From a virus: DNA of 64,000 bases. Shown here piece by piece: positions 1 through 9,974 of the stretch (its first letter is position 1; every line of letters begins with the position of its first letter). The notes beneath the pieces were generated by a model that was not told the origin of the DNA, made no database searches, and worked only from the letters and a program-made list of their open reading frames with translations. A program made the translations under genes and the position numbers. The stretch is from IMG/VR virus record IMGVR_UViG_3300042399_002267. One strand, given 5' to 3'.

Positions 1-1806
1 TATGACATTGGTATTATATTGTAAATCAGATAATGTATTTTCTGGGTAATAGAATTTTCTTCCAGGAGTTTGAACTAAATATTTACTTGGACTAAAATTT
101 GCTGTAGTGTTAAAAACAAAATCTGAGTTGTGGTCAAGATTTTTTATCTTTGATTGACTTAAAGTACCTTTGCTAAATTTAGATGCATCAATATTAATTT
201 TAGAACCATCTAAACTATTGATAACTTCGTTGCCAATTGAATCAACAATCACTTCTACATCTTGAACATTGTAAGAAGCAATTGATGGTACAACTGAACT
301 AAATACAATACTTCCTGAGTCTGGATCTAATGTGTAGTAATTATCTTGCTGAACTAAAGATAATATTTGCACTTCTCCAGGCAAATATTGAAATCTGTTC
401 CATGAAAAGTTTTTATAGACAGAAGAGCTTGAACCATTTCTATATTCTAAAGTTCCATCAGTCAATTGGTAATAAACACTATGAGATAAAGATCCAGTAA
501 TTTTATTACCACTAGAATCAATGATAAACAATGATTTTTGATTTACATTTAAAAGAGTGATAGATAATTTCTTATTTGATTCAATACTATTCTTTAAAAA
601 TATTTTGCAAGGAGTTGACTCAAAGTCAATCACATAGTCATTTTCAGAAAGTAAAACATTATCTAAATAAACTTTTGGTATTCCATAAGTAGATGAATAA
701 ACAAAATCTGTATCATCGCTATTCTTTAGGATGAAAATTGTTGATGCTAAATCAGTTACAGAATTGTAATTATTTACACAATTAACAATGGTAGATGTTG
801 ATAAGTTAATTTGTGTTGGATTTGAAATATTTCCTAAATGTTTATGAGTCAAATAACTTTTTCTTAATGACTCTTGAAACTCTCCAGCTAAATCACTTAA
901 GTTTTGTTTTCTGTCTTCATAAGATATGGTATTGACTGTTGGAAAATTATAAAGTATTGAGGTAGACCCGCATGAAACTGTAGCAAGATAAGTTACATTA
1001 TTTCTAAGGTCATAATTTGAATCAGGAGGGAAAGGACAGGATATTTTGCATATCTCATCCTTTTTAGTACCAATTAAAGATTCTGCCCAAACAAAATATT
1101 CATTGGACTTGGTCAATCTAAAATAATTATTTACTTCAGTTTTTGCAGCAAAAGAATCTACAATTCCGTAACCGGGAAGTACTTTAATACATTGCTTAAA
1201 TGCATCGTCAAAATATAAACTTGTAGTACCTAATGTAAACGCAATTCCAGAGATAGTACCTAACCAAACTGTTGATGTATTAGCAGATCCACCAGAAACA
1301 TAAACTACAAAATTTGAGTTATATTTTGTTGAAGAATCTAGTACAGAGTCTCTTGTCCAAGTTCCATTTGTTCCAGAACCTAAAGTTGATACGTAATAAA
1401 CACCATTTTGCGATGCCGTAGATTGACTTTTGACTAATATTTTGTCATTTACAGAAAGACTAATGCCATCTAAAGTATTAGGTGCTCCACCGGAAAGGCT
1501 CACATTAGTCGTAGTTCCAGCTGCACAAATATTTTGAGATGAAAAACTCAACCCTAATGAAACAAATCTTTGAGCAGTGTCACTTGAAAAATTATTTAAG
1601 TAGTTTGATATTAAGCTTAATTGATCAGATCTGTTTTCAGTTAATTTTTCAACTGTCCAGCCATCAATTACTCCAGAACCAACAAAATCAAACGAACGTT
1701 TAAGTTCGTTTTCAATTGTGAGCATATTTTCATAATCAAAACCTGGAAACCATTTATCGCCAAATTTTGAATATAAAAAATTATATACAGATGTCCTATC
1801 AGCCAT
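1..1806 (-). CDS. Large virion structural (tail fibre/baseplate-like) protein, 3'-truncated by the window edge; missing from the ORF track
   Basis: Manual translation from ATG at 1806 (7 nt after the TAG of the upstream gene) stays open to position 1 (602 codons): MADRTSVYNFLYSKFGDKWFPGFDYENML...GVIDGWTVE...TLDGISLSVNDKILVKSQSTASQNGVYYV...THKHLGNISNPTQINLS...LDHN. Shares motifs with 14943..18632. Confidence 0.85.
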   Translation of the reverse strand, partial: MADRTSVYNFLYSKFGDKWFPGFDYENMLTIENELKRSFDFVGSGVIDGWTVEKLTENRSDQLSLISNYLNNFSSDTAQRFVSLGLSFSSQNICAAGTTTNVSLSGGAPNTLDGISLSVNDKILVKSQSTASQNGVYYVSTLGSGTNGTWTRDSVLDSSTKYNSNFVVYVSGGSANTSTVWLGTISGIAFTLGTTSLYFDDAFKQCIKVLPGYGIVDSFAAKTEVNNYFRLTKSNEYFVWAESLIGTKKDEICKISCPFPPDSNYDLRNNVTYLATVSCGSTSILYNFPTVNTISYEDRKQNLSDLAGEFQESLRKSYLTHKHLGNISNPTQINLSTSTIVNCVNNYNSVTDLASTIFILKNSDDTDFVYSSTYGIPKVYLDNVLLSENDYVIDFESTPCKIFLKNSIESNKKLSITLLNVNQKSLFIIDSSGNKITGSLSHSVYYQLTDGTLEYRNGSSSSVYKNFSWNRFQYLPGEVQILSLVQQDNYYTLDPDSGSIVFSSVVPSIASYNVQDVEVIVDSIGNEVINSLDGSKINIDASKFSKGTLSQSKIKNLDHNSDFVFNTTANFSPSKYLVQTPGRKFYYPENTLSDLQYNTNVI

Positions 1807-1812
1807 ATTTAC

Positions 1813-4800
1813 CTACAAGGTTGGCATGAATTTAATATCATCACTGCCAATATCAAGTTGAACTGCAAAATCATAAACTACAGAAGGATTGTTTCCTACA
1901 GATGTAAACAATATTCCAAATTTAATTTTATTAGATGGTGTATCTAACTCAAATGACTTATTTGGTGTGATAGGAGTGTATTTATTAAAATCATAAATAT
2001 CAGCGGTACTATCACTTGTTATATATCCATATGTTATAGTTCCATTATTTAAGAGCTCATTACTAGTAAGCAATCCTCTTTTTATAGTTGGAGAATTTGT
2101 ATTGTAGTCAGATGTATCAAAAATCTTTGTGAAATAATAACTTGCAGTTCCAGCTACATATGTAATTGTAGTAGAAATTACTTCGGGTGAAATATTTTTT
2201 GTTGCAGATATTAGTTCAAACTTATACTGTAACCATTTTCCATTATAAGATGCAATGTTAGCTGACAATGTTGAAAAAGGTGGGGTGCCTGTGTCATTGT
2301 TAATATAAGATTCTTCAGTTACAAGTTCCCATGTATTATTTAAACACTCTGTTCTTGTGTCGCCACTTCTTACGTAAATCTTAACTGCAGTACCAGAATC
2401 TAGCCCTTCAAGTACCACACCATCCAGTAAATTCAATTGATATTTGTTTGTTACTAATGTAGTAAGAGTTGACCATTTAACAAGTGTAGGCACAAAGAAT
2501 GGCTGCGATTCATAAATTCCAGATTCTCTAACTTGCCTGTCTGGACCATAAATCGCATAGTCTCTAGCATTGGGTGTGTAAATTACTCTCGTATCTAAAG
2601 AATAATCATCATTCTTCTTAATCTGATAGATTTTTCCATTTGCCTCATACAGCTCTTGAGAAATTTTATCTGTCAAAATATCATATGTATTTCCAGAAGA
2701 ATCAACAGTTATACCATGAATATTTCCAGCTTCGTCTTTAAATCTTACATAAACATTTCTTACTTTAGATTCATAAGGTACGGGATCAAATGAATAAACA
2801 GCGCCATCACTGCCTACTCCATAATATGATGTAGAAGATTGTAAAATATTTTTGATTGCATTTGATCTTACAAACTGACTTGCAGGCACAACTTGATATC
2901 CTAGAGTTCCTGTAGTGTCATTCCACAAAAGCTTCAACGATGGAGTTGTCGAATTTGAAACAAAAGCATCTAAGTCAAAATCTATCAAATCATTTTCAGC
3001 CACTGTGAATGTGCGATTTGAAACCAAGCTTTGATCAGAGCTGATTACTGTTGAACCAAAACTACTTGTTACTGCAGTTCCGCTAAGGTTCAAAGTCAAC
3101 CCCATGTTTGATATTGTTTTAAAACTATAAACTGCATCTTTTTCAGCTTTTATAGCTCCTTGTAATCTAACTCTAGAGGAAGATCCAAACCCAGACAATG
3201 AAAAATCATTGTAATTTATAGCATCTGCTTGCAAACTCAAGGTCTGATATGTAAAAGATTCTGTGTCAGAAACATCAGCACTATAAGATGTTGAATAATT
3301 GTTGAATTTTTTCCATGTTTTGTTCAAATTTGATACTGTCTTGTCAAAGGCAGTAATAGTTTTGAAAGTATCTAAAGATTTTATATAAACAGAAGTTTTC
3401 GCATCTGCTGCAATAAACAAATATTCACCAGTTGTGTCATCAGATATTGAATATATATGATCTGAATTAACATCATGAATTTTTCTCCATGATGTGGGAA
3501 GAGAATTTACAAATGGTAATTCCCAAATTTCTCCGCCCCTAAATCCAGCAACCATCGAAGTTCTTGCTGTTGATGGGGACAAAACTTCAACATTATCAAA
3601 AGTTGAAGATAATGTTTGTGTCCAATCATTTCCATCATATTTGTAAATTGAAGATGAAGATGATCCAAAAACATTTCCTAAACCTGCAAAAAGATTAAAT
3701 TTATATGCAGAAAGAGAAGAAACAAATTCATAATCGGCAAAATCTTTAAGAGATTCTATAGAAAATCCATCAAAAACATAAACTGTAGAACTTGTTGATG
3801 TTCCCTTAGAAGTGCCAATAAACAATTTATCACCAAGAACACCTAGTGATTTTATAGGTTTTATGGCTTTTGAATTAGGTCTACTCAAAGGATCTACAGC
3901 ATTTACAACAGTCCAAAAGTCTCCTGAATAAGATGAATATAAATACCCATTAGAAGTACCTAAATAAACCTTATTTTTGTAAACAGTAAGGCAAGTAATC
4001 TGGGAAGTACTACTTACAATTTGATCATTTGTTGTTTCTAATATAATTCCGTCTGAAAAAGTAAATACTTTGTTATTTGATGCTAAAATTATTTTTCCAT
4101 TAAAATTTATTGAAGCTAAGATATCACTTGTCGCCTCATTATTTTGTTTTTTGAAAGCATTTGATAAAGATGTAATGTTCCAGTTTACAAAATCTGTTTT
4201 GCCATCTTGAAAACCTATATATCCTGCAACATCAGCATTGGGAAAATATTTAGCATCCCTGAAATCAGAATAGTGTGAAATTTGAGCCTGCGTCACACTT
4301 GAAGTTTCATCAACAGCTGCAACAGTCAATGTTCCTAATTGATCTACTGTGAAATAGTCACCCTTGTAAACAAGTCGCATTTCAACTATTTCAATTGGAG
4401 TTTCAAAAGTATAAACAAAATAGTCTGTTGTTGTAGAATCACACAAGGTATCAAATACTTTTTGCCAATTTCCATCAACAGATGTCTTTATTTCTAATAC
4501 ATAATTTTTAGGTTTTGATGCTGTAGCTCCGATTACAATTTTTGAAATAGTTGGATAAATGTCATTTACTGGATTTGTTAAATCTTCACTAGTTTTATTG
4601 AGTTTTTTCAAAATATAATTTGAGTTTTTATCACCAAATAATTCGTACTTTTGCAGTGTAGAATCAGAACCAAAATATTGAGCATCTCTCACTGGTTTTT
4701 CAAATATATCTAAAATAATGTCTGTTGAGCCTAAAGGAGATTCAGTAATATTTGAACTTACGATTTTATAATATGCTGTTCTATTTTCAAACAGTGAATA

Positions 4801-6969
4801 TGTTGTAGTAAAATCTGTCGATGGGTACCCAAAGAATGATCCAGTTTTAGTGTGAGTTGAAATTATAATGTTTGGATCTGTTGTTGCGCCAACTGGAAGA
4901 TTGTCTAGTTCAGCTACAACCCAATATGTTGTAGATTTAGATAATGATTGTGGTGCAGACAAAGCCAATTCAAAATCTTGATATGAAGTGGTCAAATCAC
5001 CAAAATAAACACTACCTATTCTGAATAAAGAATCAAGAGGATTATTATTGATTGTACTATTTGAATACACCGAGAAATTAATTCTATCTCCAGTATTCAA
5101 AATAGTTATATCTCTTTTTATCTTGAAGGTAAAACTTGTAATATCCTGATCAGAATTAAGTGTGAAATTCCATATAACTGCTGAAGTTCTAAATGAATAA
5201 TCTACTTCTGTACTTGTTTCTTCTAAAATAGCACCATATGCATCAAATTTGTGTATTTTAATGCCAGTGTTTGTACTAGAGCCTCTATTGATAATCGCAA
5301 TACCTTTTGGTGGCTCTGTGTCAAGTATTACATTAGCACTAGGATAAATTTCTACTTTTCTAAAAAGATCATTTGTATTTGAATCAATATTGAACGTATA
5401 TCTTATGTCATTGTCTAAATTATCATTCCATGTAAAAATATCAAAATATTTTGATGATTCATACAAAGAATTATTAGAAAAAGATTGTGGTTCAAAACTA
5501 GTAATTACATTGCTGTCTGATTCTTGTAAATTTCCAGCTCTGTATGCTAATTGCACTGAAGAATCTTTGTGAATTCTTGAATATAAAGTTATCTTTACAT
5601 GCTCAGTAAATGATCTAGACAAGCTTACTGCAGATTTTACAGGATATGATTGACCGTCTACAAATACAACAAATCCTTGTATCCCTGTTGCTGGTAATAC
5701 TGGTTCCAATCTACTAATGAAAAGAGATACATAAATATCCAAACCGTTTTCATCAACATAGCTTCTATTAGCATCAAAGTAATTAAATGCTCCAGGATTA
5801 GATGCAGTTACAAAATTAGTTATAGAGAGTTTAGAAAATAAAGAATCTAAAGTATTTAAATTCAATGATTGATCAGTGATGTAATTTGTTGAAGGTTTGC
5901 TATAGTCTAACTCTAAAATGTCATAGTTTTTGAATGTACTGCTTAAATTCAATCTATATAAAGAAACACCAGACCCTGCGTAAGTAGTATTACTGGCAGT
6001 GATAGAAGATATTGTATATCCAATACCATTTGTGTACACTGTAAATCCAAATCCGGGACTACTTGGAAATGTAGGTTTAGACATTTTTACATAAACAGTA
6101 CTACCTATAGCATCTGTGTATGTTTCTATAATTACTGGTTTAACTAAATCGGCAGTCAGGTTGGTAACTGCCAAGCCACCGAACTCAACTGCATAATTTC
6201 CTACTGAAGTGCTATCTTTCAACTTTAAAGTATTACTTGTAGGTTGGATAAAAGTTAAGGATACTGGATTTGTATTGTCATCTATTAAAAGTGTGTCAGC
6301 TAAATTAATTCTTACTATCTTGCCCAGAGTATCTGAAGAAGGATCTAAGACAAATGCAGAAGTAACAGGTATTTCTGTTGTGCCTTGAGTTACTGCAAAT
6401 CCAGATATATTGGTGTAAGGAAAAAGTGGAGGGGTAGCTTCTCTAAATACAACAGATATGTTAGAACCATCAGTTGAAGAGTATGCATATAATGCAACAG
6501 GACCATTGGCTTCTTCTGTTCTGTTAGATACTCCCAGCCCAGTAAAACTTTCTACGAAAGATTTAGTAGCATCATTATCAGATAAAGAAACTCCTAGACC
6601 AGATGAAGAATTATACGAAACATTTACAAATTGATAATTGAAAACTGTACCTACACCAGAGTAAGTAGCATCAATAATTTTATCAGAAGAACTTAATTGA
6701 AGTTCTAAAAGTTTTGGTTTTGAACTATCAACAAATGATGCAACTGGTGTTACTGTAGTTGCTGCACCTGCCAATAACTTTGTGACTCTAAATCTACTTT
6801 GAATACCAGATGAAGGACTTAAACCAGTGCTATCTGGATCAATAAATTGAATATAAACTTTCAATCCATCAGCAGATGTGTATGCTGTATCTCCAGTGGC
6901 ACTGCCTGGGTAAGGTCTACTCCCGGAAAATATTTTTACTTCATTGTTATTGTTAGTATTTGAGTCCAT
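1813..6969 (-). CDS. 1718-aa multidomain tail/receptor-binding-like protein (4 SwmB-like repeats, split Ig-like domain, jelly-roll domains, beta-propeller, PA14-like domain)
   Basis: Long ORF; repeats of the form DG..I.V.F...F.V...V.....L.L....SY...L.D...F..VTN; propeller blades (ITCLTVYKNKVYLGTSNG, IKSLGVLGDKLFIGTS); PA14-like VRLQGAIKAEKDAVYSFKTISNMG...LKLLW...VVPASQF. Domain names recognised by eye. Confidence 0.7.
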   Translation of the reverse strand: MDSNTNNNNEVKIFSGSRPYPGSATGDTAYTSADGLKVYIQFIDPDSTGLSPSSGIQSRFRVTKLLAGAATTVTPVASFVDSSKPKLLELQLSSSDKIIDATYSGVGTVFNYQFVNVSYNSSSGLGVSLSDNDATKSFVESFTGLGVSNRTEEANGPVALYAYSSTDGSNISVVFREATPPLFPYTNISGFAVTQGTTEIPVTSAFVLDPSSDTLGKIVRINLADTLLIDDNTNPVSLTFIQPTSNTLKLKDSTSVGNYAVEFGGLAVTNLTADLVKPVIIETYTDAIGSTVYVKMSKPTFPSSPGFGFTVYTNGIGYTISSITASNTTYAGSGVSLYRLNLSSTFKNYDILELDYSKPSTNYITDQSLNLNTLDSLFSKLSITNFVTASNPGAFNYFDANRSYVDENGLDIYVSLFISRLEPVLPATGIQGFVVFVDGQSYPVKSAVSLSRSFTEHVKITLYSRIHKDSSVQLAYRAGNLQESDSNVITSFEPQSFSNNSLYESSKYFDIFTWNDNLDNDIRYTFNIDSNTNDLFRKVEIYPSANVILDTEPPKGIAIINRGSSTNTGIKIHKFDAYGAILEETSTEVDYSFRTSAVIWNFTLNSDQDITSFTFKIKRDITILNTGDRINFSVYSNSTINNNPLDSLFRIGSVYFGDLTTSYQDFELALSAPQSLSKSTTYWVVAELDNLPVGATTDPNIIISTHTKTGSFFGYPSTDFTTTYSLFENRTAYYKIVSSNITESPLGSTDIILDIFEKPVRDAQYFGSDSTLQKYELFGDKNSNYILKKLNKTSEDLTNPVNDIYPTISKIVIGATASKPKNYVLEIKTSVDGNWQKVFDTLCDSTTTDYFVYTFETPIEIVEMRLVYKGDYFTVDQLGTLTVAAVDETSSVTQAQISHYSDFRDAKYFPNADVAGYIGFQDGKTDFVNWNITSLSNAFKKQNNEATSDILASINFNGKIILASNNKVFTFSDGIILETTNDQIVSSTSQITCLTVYKNKVYLGTSNGYLYSSYSGDFWTVVNAVDPLSRPNSKAIKPIKSLGVLGDKLFIGTSKGTSTSSTVYVFDGFSIESLKDFADYEFVSSLSAYKFNLFAGLGNVFGSSSSSIYKYDGNDWTQTLSSTFDNVEVLSPSTARTSMVAGFRGGEIWELPFVNSLPTSWRKIHDVNSDHIYSISDDTTGEYLFIAADAKTSVYIKSLDTFKTITAFDKTVSNLNKTWKKFNNYSTSYSADVSDTESFTYQTLSLQADAINYNDFSLSGFGSSSRVRLQGAIKAEKDAVYSFKTISNMGLTLNLSGTAVTSSFGSTVISSDQSLVSNRTFTVAENDLIDFDLDAFVSNSTTPSLKLLWNDTTGTLGYQVVPASQFVRSNAIKNILQSSTSYYGVGSDGAVYSFDPVPYESKVRNVYVRFKDEAGNIHGITVDSSGNTYDILTDKISQELYEANGKIYQIKKNDDYSLDTRVIYTPNARDYAIYGPDRQVRESGIYESQPFFVPTLVKWSTLTTLVTNKYQLNLLDGVVLEGLDSGTAVKIYVRSGDTRTECLNNTWELVTEESYINNDTGTPPFSTLSANIASYNGKWLQYKFELISATKNISPEVISTTITYVAGTASYYFTKIFDTSDYNTNSPTIKRGLLTSNELLNNGTITYGYITSDSTADIYDFNKYTPITPNKSFELDTPSNKIKFGILFTSVGNNPSVVYDFAVQLDIGSDDIKFMPTL

Positions 6970-6971
6970 TT

Positions 6972-9900
6972 TTATTTTATACTTCCATACTGACCGCTCA
7001 AATATAAAGTACCTTTGTAACTTATTGCATCAACAGGTCTTACAATTCCCAAAAGATCATATGAACCATCTGAATTAAAAGATTTCTTTCTGTCAAATGG
7101 TAAATCACTTTGTATCCACGATTCGGAATTCGAATTGTATGCAAACAATTTAGCCTGTTTGTCATCTGGATTATTATTTAGATTTGATCCATCAAATCCA
7201 TCAGTGATACTATATAATGTTCCATCATGGTAAGTTAAAAGCCTTACTCCACCAGAAGATTTAAGCTCGTGAGTATGAGAGAAATCATAAACTTCTTTTG
7301 TTGACGGCTCATACGTTTCACCAACTGCGAAAGAAATTTTTGAATATCCAAAAATGGAATCTCCACCATAATTATTTATTTTCCCAAATCTAATATATGG
7401 TTTGTCATAATCATTATCAGTCAATGTTGGGTCGAAATATTTTCTATTATAATTATCTAAAGATATAAAATTCTTGATATTTATTAATGGATATAATTGT
7501 TTATCCAAATAAACTTTTACATCTCTATCTTCAATTAAGAATCTTATTTTTGACAGTTTTGTATTGATATCAAATGAAACGTTCTCATTTATTATTTTGA
7601 TGTAATCTAAATAATAAAAGGAAGGTCTTCTAGAAAGTTCTGGAATGTTATCAAAAGTAATTTGTAACTTTGAAATTGTGCCTTTCCATGTAGGCTTTAT
7701 TGTGTACTCAATGTAATTGGAAGATGTTTCAATTATTGTTGAAGATTTATTTATGAAACTTCCACCTTCGTATGCCCAAGAAGCTGAAATTTTTGCTCCA
7801 TTGAAAGCCTCTTCTTCATTAGTAGGATCACCTGATACAGTTTTAGGTGTAATTTTTAATTTTAAATTTATTACAGAATCAAAATCTACAGCCAGATCTA
7901 GATTGTCTATGTATATTTCCGAATCACCAGATTGTGTAGGGATAATTCTTAACACATTTTTTGAATACGCTGTACCGTATACATCTTGGTCAATTTGTGT
8001 AGTAGCTGCAATACCCGAAACAAAATTTCCAGCTTGCCAACTCTGAGTAGATGCTACACCACTTGTATTGAACATCCACTCTTTTAAAACACCTAATGTA
8101 GGAATATTCTTAACTACTAAATTATTTCCACTTTTCATTACAAAGTTAGAATTATTTATTTCAAATGAAAATATTCCATAAACATTCGCTATTTCTATAC
8201 CTTGATATCCAGTGAAATCTGTAGTGTCATATCTAACTTCGTCAACATTTAGATAAACACATTCTTCCAGAACTGTGCATTGATTAGCCTGTGTAAAGGA
8301 AAGATTTACACATTCCAATTCAACAGTTGATTTAGGCTTAAAGAAAGAGTAATTTTCACTTTCAATATCATTTGTACTTAATAAATATCTATTCTTTTTA
8401 TTTGTATATCCATTGTCTATGAAAAATCCCAAAGTATTTGTATTTGTTTCAAGATTTGGGTTGTATCTAATAAAATTTGAGTTAATAAATTGATATATTC
8501 CATTGTATATACCATTTGTGCCTGAAGATGTTTGATCTTTTATCATTACAAGATCTTTGTCTTGCAATGTGTATCCATCAAAAGAAGATATGTTTGAAAA
8601 AGATGTAATGGATTCTGTAGATGCACATTGCACTTTAATAAAATCCTGATCAGGAAGTATATGTGATTGAAGTTGCTCCCAATCTGAACCTTCTGCATAT
8701 TCAAATAAACGAGATCCAAAAGCAGTTGAACCAATAGAAGTTCTCGTATTGCCTTTTATTACCAGTACTTGATTGACTTTTTTAGGGTATTCTGGATCTT
8801 CATATCTAGCAATAGCTAAGTTTGTATCAGATCTGGAATTTGTTTTATCTTCGTATCCATAAAATTGTGCAGGTGCTGGGTCATTTCTGAAAACTTCATC
8901 AAAATTTTTTACTGTCCATAATTCATCTGATGGATTATTTTTTGTAATCTGGGTATATGACCATAAATGTGGAATAATATCTGCTCCAGCAAATACTTGA
9001 TTCTTTCCAACCTCTAAAGATTTTACGCCAAAATTGTAATTTTGAAAATCTTCTAAATTTGGGTTTGATAATGAAGATGTTTCAAGAACCTCTGTGATAT
9101 TTTCACTTACAATAACTTCTTCTGTTATTAAATTTGTAGGCTGTAATAAAACTACTTCTTTCGTTCTGCGATATTTAAGGATTTTTTTATTTCTACATCC
9201 AATAAATATTTTATCAAAAGCAGATGTCAAGCATAAAATTCCACCAGAAGATGCATTAAGTTCACCAGAAGGATATAATCTTTCCCATCCTTTGCCATCT
9301 AATGCTGTAGAAACTTTAGCTCTGTACAATCTTGGTTTTTTATCACTACCAACATATATATAATCTTCAGATTCAAAATCAAATTTATGAACTAATAATG
9401 AAGATGCTGGAAGAGAGACACCATCTTCCATATAAAATATAGGTCCTTTTAAGTAGTGACCATTGTAAAACCAAACTTTTCCTGAAACCCCAGCTAAAAA
9501 TATACCTGAAGAAACAGATACCATTGATGTGATAGCTCTTTCTCCAAAAATTTGATAATCTAATATTTTTTCAAATGATATAGAATTAGCTTTAAATAAA
9601 GATGCATAATTCTTTACCAATGTAGCATGAACATTAGGTACACCGTCACTATTTGAGTCGGTAGTAATGTCTTGAATTGGATAATTTTCATTTATAATTA
9701 ATAAATTCTTATCATCATCTATACCATATGGGATTGCACTATCAACTCCAAACAATATAACTGTATCTAAAGATATTGGGCTATAAATTCTGTCTTTATC
9801 AGTAGAAGAAGTTCCTACTAATTTGAATGCAGTTTTTGCAGGATATGCTGAGTCATAGCTATCAACCAACTTCAAGCTTGTGAATTTGTCTTGAGTAATA

Positions 9901-9974
9901 CCTGCGTAATAAATAACTTTTTCAGAATCAGCTGGTCCTCTCCATTTGCAGGATGCAGTATATAATGTTTTCAT
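6972..9974 (-). CDS. 1000-aa virion structural protein (interrupted beta-propeller, CBM-like jelly roll, DG/KDQ/NGIY module)
   Basis: Propeller blades GILCLTSAFDKIFIGC, GVKSLEVGKNQVFAG, RPVDAISYKGTLYLSG; CBM-like KPTWKGTISKLQITFD...YLDYIKI; TAATG coupling at 9974. Confidence 0.65.
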   Translation of the reverse strand: MKTLYTASCKWRGPADSEKVIYYAGITQDKFTSLKLVDSYDSAYPAKTAFKLVGTSSTDKDRIYSPISLDTVILFGVDSAIPYGIDDDKNLLIINENYPIQDITTDSNSDGVPNVHATLVKNYASLFKANSISFEKILDYQIFGERAITSMVSVSSGIFLAGVSGKVWFYNGHYLKGPIFYMEDGVSLPASSLLVHKFDFESEDYIYVGSDKKPRLYRAKVSTALDGKGWERLYPSGELNASSGGILCLTSAFDKIFIGCRNKKILKYRRTKEVVLLQPTNLITEEVIVSENITEVLETSSLSNPNLEDFQNYNFGVKSLEVGKNQVFAGADIIPHLWSYTQITKNNPSDELWTVKNFDEVFRNDPAPAQFYGYEDKTNSRSDTNLAIARYEDPEYPKKVNQVLVIKGNTRTSIGSTAFGSRLFEYAEGSDWEQLQSHILPDQDFIKVQCASTESITSFSNISSFDGYTLQDKDLVMIKDQTSSGTNGIYNGIYQFINSNFIRYNPNLETNTNTLGFFIDNGYTNKKNRYLLSTNDIESENYSFFKPKSTVELECVNLSFTQANQCTVLEECVYLNVDEVRYDTTDFTGYQGIEIANVYGIFSFEINNSNFVMKSGNNLVVKNIPTLGVLKEWMFNTSGVASTQSWQAGNFVSGIAATTQIDQDVYGTAYSKNVLRIIPTQSGDSEIYIDNLDLAVDFDSVINLKLKITPKTVSGDPTNEEEAFNGAKISASWAYEGGSFINKSSTIIETSSNYIEYTIKPTWKGTISKLQITFDNIPELSRRPSFYYLDYIKIINENVSFDINTKLSKIRFLIEDRDVKVYLDKQLYPLINIKNFISLDNYNRKYFDPTLTDNDYDKPYIRFGKINNYGGDSIFGYSKISFAVGETYEPSTKEVYDFSHTHELKSSGGVRLLTYHDGTLYSITDGFDGSNLNNNPDDKQAKLFAYNSNSESWIQSDLPFDRKKSFNSDGSYDLLGIVRPVDAISYKGTLYLSGQYGSIK

